Assembly (NCBI GenBank): GCA_002269645.1 | Contig: NIVC01000094.1 | Span: forward strand, 992,001 to 1,056,000 | Direction of reading: 5' to 3' | Origin: Macrostomum lignano | Taxonomy: Eukaryota | DNA length: 64,000 nucleotides | Position numbers and translations under genes: made by a program | The notes under the pieces: generated by a model | Databases searched by the model: none | Told to the model about the DNA's origin: nothing | Seen by the model: the letters and a program-made list of their open reading frames with translations, nothing else | Part shown: piece by piece, positions 14,301-27,100 of the stretch | Numbering within the stretch: position 1 is the stretch's first letter | Layout of the letters: each line of letters begins with the position of its first letter

Positions 14301-14760
14301 TTATCAAGTGCAATAATCCTTTGTTTATCAAGTGCAATAATCCTTTGTTTATCAAGTGCAATAATCCTTGGTTTATCAAGCGCAGTAATCCTTGGCTTAT
14401 CAAGTGCAATAATCCTTGGTTTATCAAGTGCAATAATCCTTGGTTTATCAAGCGCAGTAATCTTTGGCCTATCAAGTGCAATAGTCCTTGGTTTATCGAG
14501 TGCAGTAATCCTTGGTTTTCCAAGTGCAATAATCCTTGGCTTCTTGAGTGCAGTAATCCTTGGTTTGCCAAGAGCAATAGTCCTTGGTTTATCGAGTGCA
14601 GTAATCCTTGGTTTATTAATAGCAATAATCCTTGGCTTCTTGAGTGCAGTAATCCTTGGTTTGCCAAGAGCAATAGTCCTTGGTTTATCGAGTGCAGTAA
14701 TCCCTGGTTTTCCAAGTGCAATAATTCTTGGCTTGGAATTTTCATTTTTAGTATATAGGA
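11350..14760 (-). mobile_element. Helitron-like element, family B, head-deleted copy (3.41-kb tandem unit)
   Basis: 5' TCCTATATACTAAAAATGA at 14760 is fused directly to the 24-bp satellite; 3' hairpin GCGCCC-CGAA-GGGCG then GCCGCACTAGATTGCT. Near-identical to 14761-18170 at an offset of 3411-3413. Confidence 0.75.
12190..14735. repeat. 24-bp satellite (ATCAAGTGCAATAATCCTTGGTTT)n
   Basis: The 24-bp period generates the spurious LDKPRIIA, SSAIILGL and HLINQGLL ORFs. Confidence 0.95.
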
Positions 14761-17700
14761 AGCAATCTAGTGCGGCCGCCCTTCGGGGCGCCCAATAAGA
14801 AAGGAGCAAAAATAGTTCATGGAAAACAATAAAAAAACACATTTTCTTAAACACTAATTCCTTCTTCACATTTTAAAAATCACCTTATTCGTGTAAAATT
14901 GTCACGGACTAAGATGTTTGCAAAATTAAAAAATCACTTTTTCTCTAAAATTAACAAACAGTCAACAAAATATCGTTTCCCTAAATAGAAAATATTCCCA
15001 AGACAGCAAGCAACCCCCTCCAAAAGTGAACAATCGCAGATAGCAAGCATCCTCTAATGCTCATAGCAAGAATCACCACAGATAGCAAGCATCTGCAGAT
15101 TAGCAAGCACCCCCCAGATATTATAGAAGCATCCACCCAGATAGCAAGCATCCACCCAGATAGCAAGCATCCACCCAGATAGCAAGCATCCTGCAGATAG
15201 CAAGAATCCCCAGATATTATAGAAGCATCCTGCAGATAGCAAGCACCCCCCAGATATTATAGAAGCATCCTGCAGATAGCAAGCACCCCCCAGATATTAT
15301 AGAAGCATCCTGCAGATAGCAAGCACCCCCCAGATATTATAGAAGCATCCTGCAGATAGCAAGCACCCCCCAGATATTATAGAAGCATCCACCCAGATAG
15401 CAAGCATCCTGCAGATAGCAAGAATCCCTGAATAGCAAGCATCCCTGGATAGAAAGAATCCCATGCATGTAGCCAGTACCCCCTCTCCCAAATAGCAAGT
15501 ATCCCCCCTCGAGAGCAAGCATCCACGAGACAGAAAGTAGCTAGTGCAAATGTTACTTCCGCTAATGCAATAATCGCTTTCTCAGGTTGTGCAACAATCC
15601 ACGTCTCAGCGAGTGCAATAATCTCTTTTTTAGACAGCGCAGTAATCAGCTTCTCAGCTAGTGCAATAATCCTTGGTTTATTAATAGCAATAATCCTTGA
15701 TTAATCAAGTGCAATAATCCTTGGTTTATCAAGTGCAATAATCCTTGGTTTATCAAGCGCAGTAATCCTTGGCCTATCAAGTGCAATAATCCTTGGCTTA
15801 TCAAGTGCAATAATCCTTGGTTTATCAAGTGCAATAATCCTTGGTTTATCAAGTGCAGTAATCCTTGGCCTATCAAGTGCAATAATCCTTGGTTTGCCAA
15901 GAGCAATAATCCTTAGTTTATCGAGTGCAGTAATCCTTAGTTTTCCAAGTGCAGTAATCCTTGGTTTATTAAGAGCAATAATCCTTGGCTTATCGAGTGC
16001 AGTAATCCTTGGTTTGCCAAGAGCAATAATCCTTGGTTTATCAAGTGCAATACTCCTTGGTTTATCAAGTGCAATAATCCTTGGTTTATCAAGTGCAATA
16101 ATCCTTGGTTTATCAGATGCAATAATCCTTGGCTTATCAACTGCAATAATCCTTGGTTTATCAAGTGCAATAATCCTTGGCTTATCAAGTGCAATAATCC
16201 TTGGTTTATCAAGCGCAGTAATCTTTGGCCTATCAAGTGCAATAATCCTTGGTTTATCAAGTGCAATAATCCTTGGTTTATCAAGTGCAATAATCTTTGG
16301 TTCATCAGATGCAATAATCCTTGGCTTATCAACTGCAATAATCCTTGGTTTATCAAGTGCAATAATCCTTGGCTTATCAAGTGCAATAATCCTTGGTTTA
16401 TCAAGTGCAATAATCCTTGGTTTATCAAGCGCAGTAATCTTTGGCCTATCAAGTGCAATAATCCTTGGTTTATCAAGTGCAGTAATCCTTGGCCTATCAA
16501 GTGCAATAATCCTTGGTTTATCAAGTGCAATAGTCTTTATTTTATCGAGTGCAGTAATCCTTAGTTTTCCAAGTGCAGTAATCCTTGGTTTATTAAGAGC
16601 AATAATCCTTGGTTTATCGAGTGCAGTAGTCCTTGGTTTATTAATATCAATAATCCTTGAATAATCCAGTGCATTAATCCTTGGCTTATCAAGTGCATTA
16701 ATCCTTGGCTTATCAAGTGCAACATTCTTTACTATCAAGTGCAATAATCCATGGCTTATCAAGTGCAATAATCCTTGGCTTATCAAGTGCAATAATCCTT
16801 GGTTTATCAAGTGCAATAATCCTTGGCTTATCAAGTGCAATAATCCATGGCTTATCAAGTGCAATAATCCTTGGCTTATCAAGTGCAATAATCCTTGGTT
16901 TATCAAGTGCAATAATCCTTTGTTTATCAAGTGCAATAATCCTTTGTTTATCAAGTGCAATAATCCTTGGTTTATCAAGCGCAGTAATCCTTGGCTTATC
17001 AAGTGCAATAATCCTTGGTTTATCAAGTGCAATAATCCTTGGTTTATCAAGCGCAGTAATCTTTGGCCTATCAAGTGCAATAGTCCTTGGTTTATCGAGT
17101 GCAGTAATCCTTGGTTTTCCAAGTGCAATAATCCTTGGCTTCTTGAGTGCAGTAATCCTTGGTTTGCCAAGAGCAATAGTCCTTGGTTTATCGAGTGCAG
17201 TAATCCTTGGTTTTCCAAGTGCAGTAATCCTTGGTTTATTAATAGCAATAATCTTTGGTTCATCAGATGCAATAATCCTTGGCTTATCAACTGCAATAAT
17301 CCTTGGTTTATCAAGTGCAATAATCCTTGGCTTATCAAGTGCAATAATCCTTGGTTTATCAAGTGCAATAATCCTTGGTTTATCAAGCGCAGTAATCTTT
17401 GGCCTATCAAGTGCAATAATCCTTGGTTTATCAAGTGCAATAGTCTTTGGTTTATCGAGTGCAGTAATCCTTAGTTTTCCAAGTGCAGTAATCCTTGGTT
17501 TATTAAGAGCAATAATCCTTGGTTTATCAAGTGCAGTAGTCCTTGGTTTATTAATATCAATAATCCTTGAATAATCCAGTGCATTAATCCTTGGCTTATC
17601 AAGTGCAACATTCTTTACTATCAAGTGCAATAATCCATGGCTTATCAAGTGCAATAATCCTTGGCTTATCAAGTGCAATAATCCTTGGTTTATCAAGTGC

Positions 17701-19066
17701 AATAATCCTTTGTTTATCAAGTGCAATAATCCTTTGTTTATCAAGTGCAATAATCCTTTGTTTATCAAGTGCAATAATCCTTGGTTTATCAAGCGCAGTA
17801 ATCCTTGGCTTATCAAGTGCAATAATCCTTGGTTTATCAAGTGCAATAATCCTTGGTTTATCAAGCGCAGTAATCTTTGGCCTATCAAGTGCAATAGTCC
17901 TTGGTTTATCGAGTGCAGTAATCCTTGGTTTTCCAAGTGCAATAATCCTTGGCTTCTTGAGTGCAGTAATCCTTGGTTTGCCAAGAGCAATAGTCCTTGG
18001 TTTATCGAGTGCAGTAATCCTTGGTTTATTAATAGCAATAATCCTTGGCTTCTTGAGTGCAGTAATCCTTGGTTTGCCAAGAGCAATAGTCCTTGGTTTA
18101 TCGAGTGCAGTAATCCCTGGTTTTCCAAGTGCAATAATTCTTGGCTTCTTGAGTGCAGTAATCCTTGGTTTGCCAAGAGCAATAGTCCTTGGTTTATCGA
18201 GTGCAGTAATCCTTGGTTTTCCAAGTGCAGTAATCCTTGGTTTATTAATAGCAATAATCCTTGGCTTCTTGAGTGCAGTAATCCTTGGTTTGCCAAGAGC
18301 AATAGTCCTTGGTTTATCGAGTGCAGTAGTCCTTGGTTTATTAATAGCAATAATCCTTGGCTTATCGAGTGCAGTAATCTAAGTGTTTTTATTTAGTCCT
18401 TTAATAAAACCTTTTAATAAAAAATTTTACACTACTACTTTTAAACTACTTAGATTCGAACCTAGGTCGCTGCATTAGCAGTCTGGTCTGTTCAGCTCTA
18501 GGCTAGCTCTCATCGAAGTTATCAGTGATGTTGTACCACTTATATAATTCAACACTCACACCAAGTCAGGTAGAGTAAAAAGTCTCACGAAGCAGTTATG
18601 ACATAATCAATTTCTTGGGCAAGTCAGTACCAGTGTCTATGAAAGTTTACAATATGGTTACGTAATATAAATTCAGTACTGCGCTATGCTTTCACACTCA
18701 AAGCTGTGACGCAATTCAATTCAGTGTCAAAATTCAGCCAGTACACAGACGATAAATAAAGTGTATTGTGATGCAATCTATTTCAGAATCAGAATTCAAC
18801 CAGTCAGTTTTTTTCTGCTAGCATTCTTACGATGCATTTCAAGTCGAAAGAGCTGCTTGACCTTTGCAAAAAAGCATGTTTTTCGAATATTTAATCCCTT
18901 TAGCATCAAGCAATTTCTTAGCCACGATGCATGTACTGTCACGGGAAAATTTCTGATCGAACAGTGCAAGTTCGAAGAAAATCGGTTGAGCCATTTTTGC
19001 TAAAATCGATCACACACACACACATACACACACACACATACCGACAGACCATTTTTAGTATATGGA
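14761..19066 (-). mobile_element. Helitron-like element, family B, full-head copy
   Basis: 5' A|TCCATATACTAAAAATGG at 19066; the head (18400-19066) is homologous to the family A head. Followed by the 24-bp satellite, 18-bp subterminal repeats and a 3' hairpin at about 14776-14792. Confidence 0.8.
15600..18380. repeat. 24-bp satellite array, second copy
   Basis: Same unit and variant order as 12190-14735, extended by about 220 bp. Confidence 0.95.
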
Positions 19067-19706
19067 TTCTGGCTGCGCAGTGCTTTACTCAATAAGAAAC
19101 ACTAATACGCAAAAATCCTATATACTAAAAATGGTCTGTCTGTGTCTATGTGATCGATTAGAGAAAAAATGGCTGGACCGATTTTGTTCGAACTTGCACT
19201 GTTCGATCAGAAATTTTCCCGTGACGGTACATGCATCGTGGCTAAGAAATTGCTCGATGCTAAAGGCATTAAATATTCGAAAAACATGCTTTTTTGCAAA
19301 GGTCAAGCAAACTTTTCGACTTGAAATGCATTGTAAGAATGCTAGAGAAAAAACTGACTGGTTGAATTCTGATTCTGAAATAGATTGCATCATAACTGAA
19401 TTGTAACTCAGTGTGGAAGCGTAGCACCAGACTTGATTTAAATTGCGTAACCATATTGTTAACTGATACTGACTGACTGAGAAACTGATTATGTCATAAC
19501 TGCTTCGTGTGATTTACTCTATGCTTGGATTTTAAAGTGTTGAATTATATAAGTGAAAAATTTCATGTTATCAAAACGATGAGAGCTAGCCTAGAGGTGA
19601 ACGGACTGAACTGCTAAATGCAGCGACGATGGTTCGAATTTTCATTGAGTATAATTTTTTTAATTAAAGCTTTTCAACGTCAGGAAAACTAAAAGACTTT
19701 TTAAAA

Positions 19707-22030
19707 GGAAGCGTCATGTAAAAATCATAGAAGCGTCATGTAAAAATCATAGAAGCGTCATGTAAAAAATCATAGAAGCGTCATGTAAAATTTTAGAAGC
19801 GTCATGTAAACAATCATTGAAGCGTCATGTAAAAATCATAAAAGCGTCATGTAAAAATCATAGAAGCGTCATGTAAACAATCATAGAAGCGTCATGTAAA
19901 AAATCGTAGAAGCGTCATATAAAAATCATAAAAGCGTCATGTAAAAATCATAGAAGCGTCATGTAAACAATCGTAGAAGCGTCATGCAAACAATCATTGA
20001 AGCGTCATGAAAAAATAGTAGAAGCGTCATGCAAACAATCATAGAAGCGTCATGTAAAAATCATAGAAGCGTCATGTAAAAAATCATAGAAGCGTCATTT
20101 TAAAAAATCATAGAAGCGTCATTTAAAAATCATAGAAGCGTCATGAAAAAATCATAGAAGCGTCATGCAAACAATCATAGAAGCGTCATGTAAAAATCAT
20201 AGAAGCGTCATGTAAAAAATCATAGAAGCGTCATTTTAAAAAATCATAGAAGCGTCATGTAAAAAATCATAGCAGCGTCATGTAAAAATCGTAGAAGCGT
20301 CATGTAAAAAATCATAGAAGCGTCATGTAAACAGTCATAGAAGCGTCATGTAAAAATTATAGAAGCGTCATATAAACAATTATAGAAGCGTCATGTAAAC
20401 TATCATAGAAGCGTCATGCAAACAATCATAGAAGCGTCATGTAAAAATCATAGAACCGTTATATAAACAATCATAGAAGCGTCATGCAAACAATCATAGA
20501 AGCGTCATGTAAAAATCATACAAGCGTCATGCAAACCATAATAGAAGCGTCATGTAAAAATCATAGAAGCGTCATGTAAACAATCATAGTAGCGTCATGT
20601 AAAAATCATACAAGCGTCATGCAAACAATCATAGAAGCGTCATGTAAAAATCATAGAAGCGTCATATAAACAATTATAGACGCGTCATGTAAACAATCAT
20701 AGAAGCGTCATGCAAACAATCATTGAAGCGTCATGCAAACAATCATAGAAGCGTCATGCAAACAATCATAGAAGCGTCATGCAAACAATCATTGAAGCGT
20801 CATGCAAACAATCATAGAAGCGTCATGCAAACAATCATAGAAGCGTCATGAAAAAATCATAGAAGCGTCATGCAAACAATCATAGAAGCGTCATGAAAAA
20901 TCATAGAAGCGTCATGCAAACAATCATAGAAGCGTCATGTAAAAATCATAGAAGCGTCATGTAAAAATCATACAAGCGTCATGCAAACCATAATAGAAGC
21001 GTCATGTAAAAATCATAGAAGCGTCATGTAAACAATCATAGTAGCGTCATGTAAACAATCATACAAGCGTCATGCAAACCATAATAGAAGCGTCATGTAA
21101 AAATCATAGAAGCGTCATGTAAACAATCATAGTAGCGTCATGTAAAAATCATACAAGCGTCATGCAAACCATAATAGAAGTGTCATGTAAAAATCATAGA
21201 AGCGTCATATAAACAATTATAGACGCGTCATGTAAACAATCATAGAAGCGTCATGCAAACAATCATTGAAGCGTCATGCAAACAATCATTGAAGCGTCAT
21301 GTAAAAATCATAGAAGCGTCATGTAAAAAATCATAGAAGCGTCATGTAAAAAATCATAGTAGCGTCATGTAAAAATCATACAAGCGTCATGCAAACCATA
21401 ATAGAAGTGTCATGTAAAAATCATAGAAGCGTCATAAAAACAATTATAGACGCGTCATGTAAACAATCATAGAAGCGTCATGCAAACAATCATTGAAGCG
21501 TCATGTAAAAATCATAGAAGCGTCATGTAAAAAATCATAGAAGCGTCATGTAAACAATCGTAGAAGCGTCACGCAAACAATCATTGAAGCGTCATGTAAA
21601 AATCATAGAAGCGTCATTTAAAAATCATAGAAGCGTCATGTAAACAATCATAGTAGCGTCATGTAAAAATCATACAAGCGTCATGCAAACCATAATAGAA
21701 GTGTCATGTAAAAATCATAGAAGCGTCATATAAACAATTATAGACGCGTCATGTAAACAATCATAGAAGCGTCATATAAAAATCATAAAAGCGTCATGTA
21801 AAAATCATAGAGGCGTCATGTAAAAAATCATAGAAGCGTCATTTTAAAAAATCATAGAAGCGTCATGTAAAAAATCATAGAAGCGTCATGTAAAAATCGT
21901 AGAAGCCTCATATAAAAACTAATGAAAGTGTCATTTAAAAAATTAAGAAGCATAATGGAAGAATATAAGAAGCGTCATGTAAAAATCAAAAGAAGCGTCA
22001 TGTCAGACATGAGAGGTGTCATATAAAAAT
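19707..22030. repeat. 22-24-bp satellite (AGAAGCGTCATGTAAAAATCAT)n
   Basis: About 2.3-kb tandem array immediately after the family D head. Confidence 0.95.
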
Positions 22031-22805
22031 TAAATGAAGCTATAGTACAGCACTGTGCTGGGGAGAATTACTGAGACGTCAAGGCTCACAGAGAATAACT
22101 GAGATTACAGGGGGGGGGTTCTGAGATGTCAAAGCAAAAGTCAGAAGCTACTTCAAAGTTCATGTACTTTACTCAATTTTTTATTACATTCTTTGTTGGC
22201 TCGCCATGGGGGGCGCTGATAGAAGCAGAGTTATGTAAAAAATAAAAGTAGCACTATGTATACATAAAAGAAAAGTCATGTCGAAGTTAAAAGATTCATT
22301 TAGGAATTGCTACGATGTCAAAGCTTGGTGGAAATCGTTATAGTGCTGTGATTCTTAAAGAAGGAATCACTAAAATTCCAAGGCTTAGGGGAGAAGAATT
22401 GCTGAGATTTCAAGGCTTTAGGTTGGGTTAAAGTTAGGTTTAGGTCAGGTGTGGGTTGAGGGTTATATTTTATCGGGTTTCAAGGTTAACAAGGGATTTT
22501 TTAGATTTCAAGATTTATGGGGGCATCGCTGACATGTCAAGGCTCACGGGGGTATAAATGAGATTTCAAGGCTTAAGTCAGAAGCTACATGTAGTTTATT
22601 GAAAACTTTTTATTACATTATTTGTTGACTCCTCAGGGCTCGCTGATACGAGCTAAAAAAAGCGTAATGTAAAAATAAAAGAAGCTTCATGTCGAAGTTA
22701 AGAGATTCATTTGGGAATCCCTACGATGTCGAGGCTTGCATGCAGGGAATCGCTATAATGCTGTAGTAGTGCTATAATGACTCAGAAAACTGAAATTTCA
22801 ATGCT

Positions 22806-22880
22806 TTAGGGTTAGGTTAGGGTTAGGGTTAGGGTTAGGGTTAGGGTTAGGGTTGGGCTAGGGTTAGGGTTAGGGTTAGA
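22806..22880 (+). repeat. Interstitial telomeric tract, about 12 TTAGGG units, inside family D
   Basis: Near-perfect TTAGGG run; degenerate tracts at about 22425-22465, 23138-23225 and 23385-23405. Confidence 0.9.
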
Positions 22881-23988
22881 AGGTTGACAGATTTTTTAGA
22901 TTTCAAGGCTTTTTGGGGGCATCGCTGAGATGTCAAGGGGGGAAGTTGATTTGTTAAAGCTTGTGGGGGAATTACTGACATTTCAAGGCTTACAAGGGAC
23001 TTCTGAGGTATGTTGCTAAGAGATGCTACATGTAGTTTATTACAAAATTTGTACTGCATTTTTGGCTCCCTAACGCTAAGATACTAAGCTAAAAAATACT
23101 ACTAGCACTTCACAAACCTATGCAGATGTCAGGCTGTAGGGTTAGTGTTAGGGTTGGTATTAGGGTTTAGGTTTAAGGTTAGGTTCAGGGTTATTATGTT
23201 AAGATTTGGGTTAGGGTTAGGGTTAAGGAGCTTATAACTTAGCTCATGTACCTTATTAAAAATGTTTATCATGGAAGCATCATGCAAAAATAATGGAAGC
23301 GTCATGCAAAAACAATGGAAGCGTCATGCCAAAAATCATAGAAGCATCGATCATGCAAAAACTCATAGACAGAATATTGAATTTAGGGTTTTGGTTAGGG
23401 TTAGAAGTTTGACAGTAGATTTTTTAAGATTTCAAGGCTACATGTAGCTTATTAAAAAAACGTGTATTGCATTTCTTTGGCTCCCCAACGGGGGGCGCAG
23501 ATTGCTAGTCCTATATACTAAAAATGAGTTGTCTGTGGGTAGGTAGGTAGGTAGGTATGCGATAGATTTCAGAAAAAATGGCTCAACCGATTTTCTTCAA
23601 ACTTGCACCATTCGATCAGAAATTTTCCTGGGACGGTACATGCATCTTGGCTAAGAAATTGCTCAATATTAAAGGGATCAAATATTCGAAAAAAATGCTT
23701 TTTTGCAAAGGTCAAGCAGCTCTTTCGACCTGAAATGCATTGTAAGAATGCTAGAGAAAAAACTGACTGACTGAATTCCAATTGTGATAAAGATTACATC
23801 ACAACCAGTTGAAAACAGTGCCGAACAAATGCACACAAAACTTGATTTAAATTGCGTAACAATATTGCTAACTTAAATTGACACTGATACTGGCTGACTG
23901 AGAAATTGATTATGTCATAACTTTTTACTCTAACCGATTTGCTATAAGAATTTAATTATAAGGGCCACAATTCACGTATTCCAATTGA

Positions 23989-24072
23989 CAAGAGATAGCA
24001 TAGATGCGAACAGACTGGACTGCTAATGCAGCGACCTGGGTTCGAATCTTAGTAGTGCAAAAAGATTTTTTT
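23989..24072 (+). promoter_or_regulatory. tRNA-derived module (Pol III A box and B box, anticodon-like arm GCT, T-run terminator)
   Basis: TAGCATAG at tRNA positions 8-15 (23996), stem-loop CTGGA-CTGCTAA-TGCAG, T-arm CTGGG-TTCGAAT-CTTAG, then a T7 run. The acceptor and D stems do not pair, so this is not a functional tRNA. Present in every A, B and D head. Confidence 0.6.
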
Positions 24073-24114
24073 ATTCAAAAACCTTAAAAACACAAATGCT
24101 AAACACAAAAAAGC

Positions 24115-27100
24115 ACAATGTCAAACATTAAAGAGCCACCATGTCAAACATTAAAGAGCCACCATGTCGAACATTAAAGAGCCATCATGTCGACCATTAA
24201 AGAGCCACCATGTCTAACATTAAAGAGCCACCATGTAAAACATAAAAAAGCCACCATGTCTAACATTAAAGAGCCACCATGTAAAACATAAAAAAGCCAC
24301 CATGTCAAACATAAAAGAGCCACCATGTCAAACATATATGTGAATCCAGGTCAAACAGTAAAGAGCCACCATGTCAAACATAAAAGAGCCACCATGTCGA
24401 ACATAAAAGAACCACCATGTCCAACATAAAAGAGCCACCATGTCAAACATTAAAGAGCCTCAATGTCAAACATTAAAGAGCCACCATGTCGAATATTAAA
24501 GAGCCACCATGTCTAACATTATAGAGCCACCATGTCGAACATTAAAGAGCCACTATGTCTAACATTAAAGAGCTACCATGTCGAATATTAAAGAGCCACC
24601 ATGTCTAACATTAAAGAGCCACCATGTCAAACATTAAAGAGCCACCATGTCGAACATTAAAGAGCCACCATGTCGAATATTAAAGAGCCACCATGTCTAA
24701 CATTAAAGAGCCACCATGTAAAACATAAAAAAGCCACCATGTCAAACATAAAAGAGCCACCATGTCAAACATATATGTGAATCCAGGTCAAACAGTAAAG
24801 AGCCACCATGTCAAACATAAAAGAGCCACCATGTCGAACATAAAAGAACCACCATGTCCAACATAAAAGAGCCACCATGTCAAACATTAAAGAGCCTCAA
24901 TGTCAAACATTAAAGAGCCACCATGTCGAATATTAAAGAGCCACCATGTCTAACATTATAGAGCCACCATGTCGAACATTAAAGAGCCACTATGTCTAAC
25001 ATTAAAGAGCCACCATGTCAAATATTAAAGAGCCACCATGTCTAACATTAAAGAGCCACCATGTCGAACATTAAAGAGCCACTATGTCTAACATTAAAGA
25101 GCCACCATGTCAAACATAAAAGAGCCACCATGTCAAACATAAAAGAGCCACCATGTCAAACATATATGTGAATCCAGGTCAAACATTAAAGAGCCTCAAT
25201 GTCAAACATTAAAGAGCCACCATGTCGAATATTAAAGAGCTACCATGTCGAATATTAAAGAGCCACCATGTCTAACATTAAAGAGCCACCATGTCGAACA
25301 TTAAAGAGCCACTATGTCTAACATTAAAGAGCCACCATGTCGAATATTAAAGAGCCACCATGTCTAACATTAAAGAGCCACCATGTAAAACATAAAAAAG
25401 CCACCATGTCAAACATAAAAGAGCCACCATGTCAAACATATATGTGAATCCAGGTCAAACAGTAAAGAGCCACCATGTCAAACATAAAAGAGCCACCATG
25501 TCGAACATAAAAGAACCACCATGTCCAACATAAAAGAGCCACCATGTCAAACATTAAAGAGCCTCAATGTCAAACATTAAAGAGCCACCATGTCGAATAT
25601 TAAAGAGCCACCATGTCTAACATTATAGAGCCACCATGTCGAACATTAAAGAGCCACTATGTCTAACATTATAGAGCCACCATGTCGAATATTAAAGAGC
25701 CACCATGTCTAACATTAAAGAGCCACCATGTCGAATATTAAAGAGCCACCATGTCTAACATTAAAGAGCCACCATGTCTAAAATTAAAAAGCCACCATGT
25801 CGAACATTAAAGAGCCACCATGTCGAACATAAAAGAGCCACCACGTCAAACATTTAAGAGCCACCATGTCTAACATTAAAGTGCTACCATGTCGAAAATT
25901 AAAAAGCCATCATGTCTAACATAATAGAGCTACCATGAAGAACATTAAAGAGCCACCTCGTAAAACATTAAAGAGCCACCTTGTCAAACATAAAGAGCCA
26001 CCATGTCAAACATATATGTGACTCCATGTCAAACAGTAAAGAGCCACCATGTCAAGCATAAAAGAGCCACCATGTCGAACATAAAAGAGCCATCATGTCA
26101 AACGTTAAAGAGCCACCATGTCAAGCATAAAAGAGCCACCATGTAGAACATAAAAGAACCACCATGTCCAACATAAAAGAGCCACCATGTCAAACATTAA
26201 AGAGCCGCAATGTCAAACATTAAAGAGCCATCATGTCTAACATTAAACAGCCACCATGTCGAACATTAAAGAGCCACCATGTCGAACATAAAAGAGCCAC
26301 CGTGTCTAACATTAAAGAGCCACCATGTCTAACATAAAAGAGCCACCATGTCAAACATATATGTGACTCCATGTCAAACAGTAAAGAGCCACCATGTCAA
26401 ACATAAAAGAGCCACCATGTCGAACATAAAAGAACCACCATGTCCAACATAAAAGAGCCACCATGTCAAACATTAAAGAGCCTCAATGTCAAACATTAAA
26501 GAGCCACCATGTCGAATATTAAAGAGCCACCATGTCTAACATTATAGAGCCACCATGTCGAACATTAAAGAGCCACTATGTCTAACATTAAAGAGCTACC
26601 ATGTCGAATATTAAAGAGCCACCATGTCTAACATTAAAGAGCCACCATGTCGAACATTAAAGAGCCACTATGTCTAACATTAAAGAGCCACCATGTCGAA
26701 TATTAAAGAGCCACCATGTCTAACATTAAAGAGCCACCATGTAAAACATAAAAAAGCCACCATGTCAAACATAAAAGAGCCACCATGTCAAACATATATG
26801 TGAATCCAGGTCAAACAGTAAAGAGCCACCATGTCAAACATAAAAGAGCCACCATGTCGAACATAAAAGAACCACCATGTCCAACATAAAAGAGCCACCA
26901 TGTCAAACATTAAAGAGCCTCAATGTCAAACATTAAAGAGCCACCATGTCGAATATTAAAGAGCCACCATGTCTAACATTATAGAGCCACCATGTCGAAC
27001 ATTAAAGAGCCACTATGTCTAACATTAAAGAGCCACCATGTCGAATATTAAAGAGCCACCATGTCTTACATTAAAGAGCCACCATGTCGAACATTAAAGA

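Larger units (their letters stand above)
19116..23508 (+). mobile_element. Non-autonomous Helitron-like element, family D (4.4 kb)
   Basis: 5' A|TCCTATATACTAAAAATGG at 19116; head homologous to families A and B; 3' CTCCCCAACGGGGGGCGCAGATTGCTAG ending at 23508. Confidence 0.85.

Noticed and set aside
12245-18396. Long ORFs of up to 579 aa (LDKPRIIA, HLINQGLL, SSAIILGL repeats)
   Set aside because: They arise in several frames and on both strands from a 24-bp satellite with few stops; there is no unique domain or splice context.
22806-22880. True chromosome end
   Set aside because: The tract is short, internal and embedded in a Helitron with ordinary sequence on both sides.
23989-24062. Functional tRNA-Ser(GCT) gene
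   Set aside because: The acceptor and D stems do not pair, the anticodon stem has a mismatch and there is no long variable arm; kept only as a tRNA-derived module.
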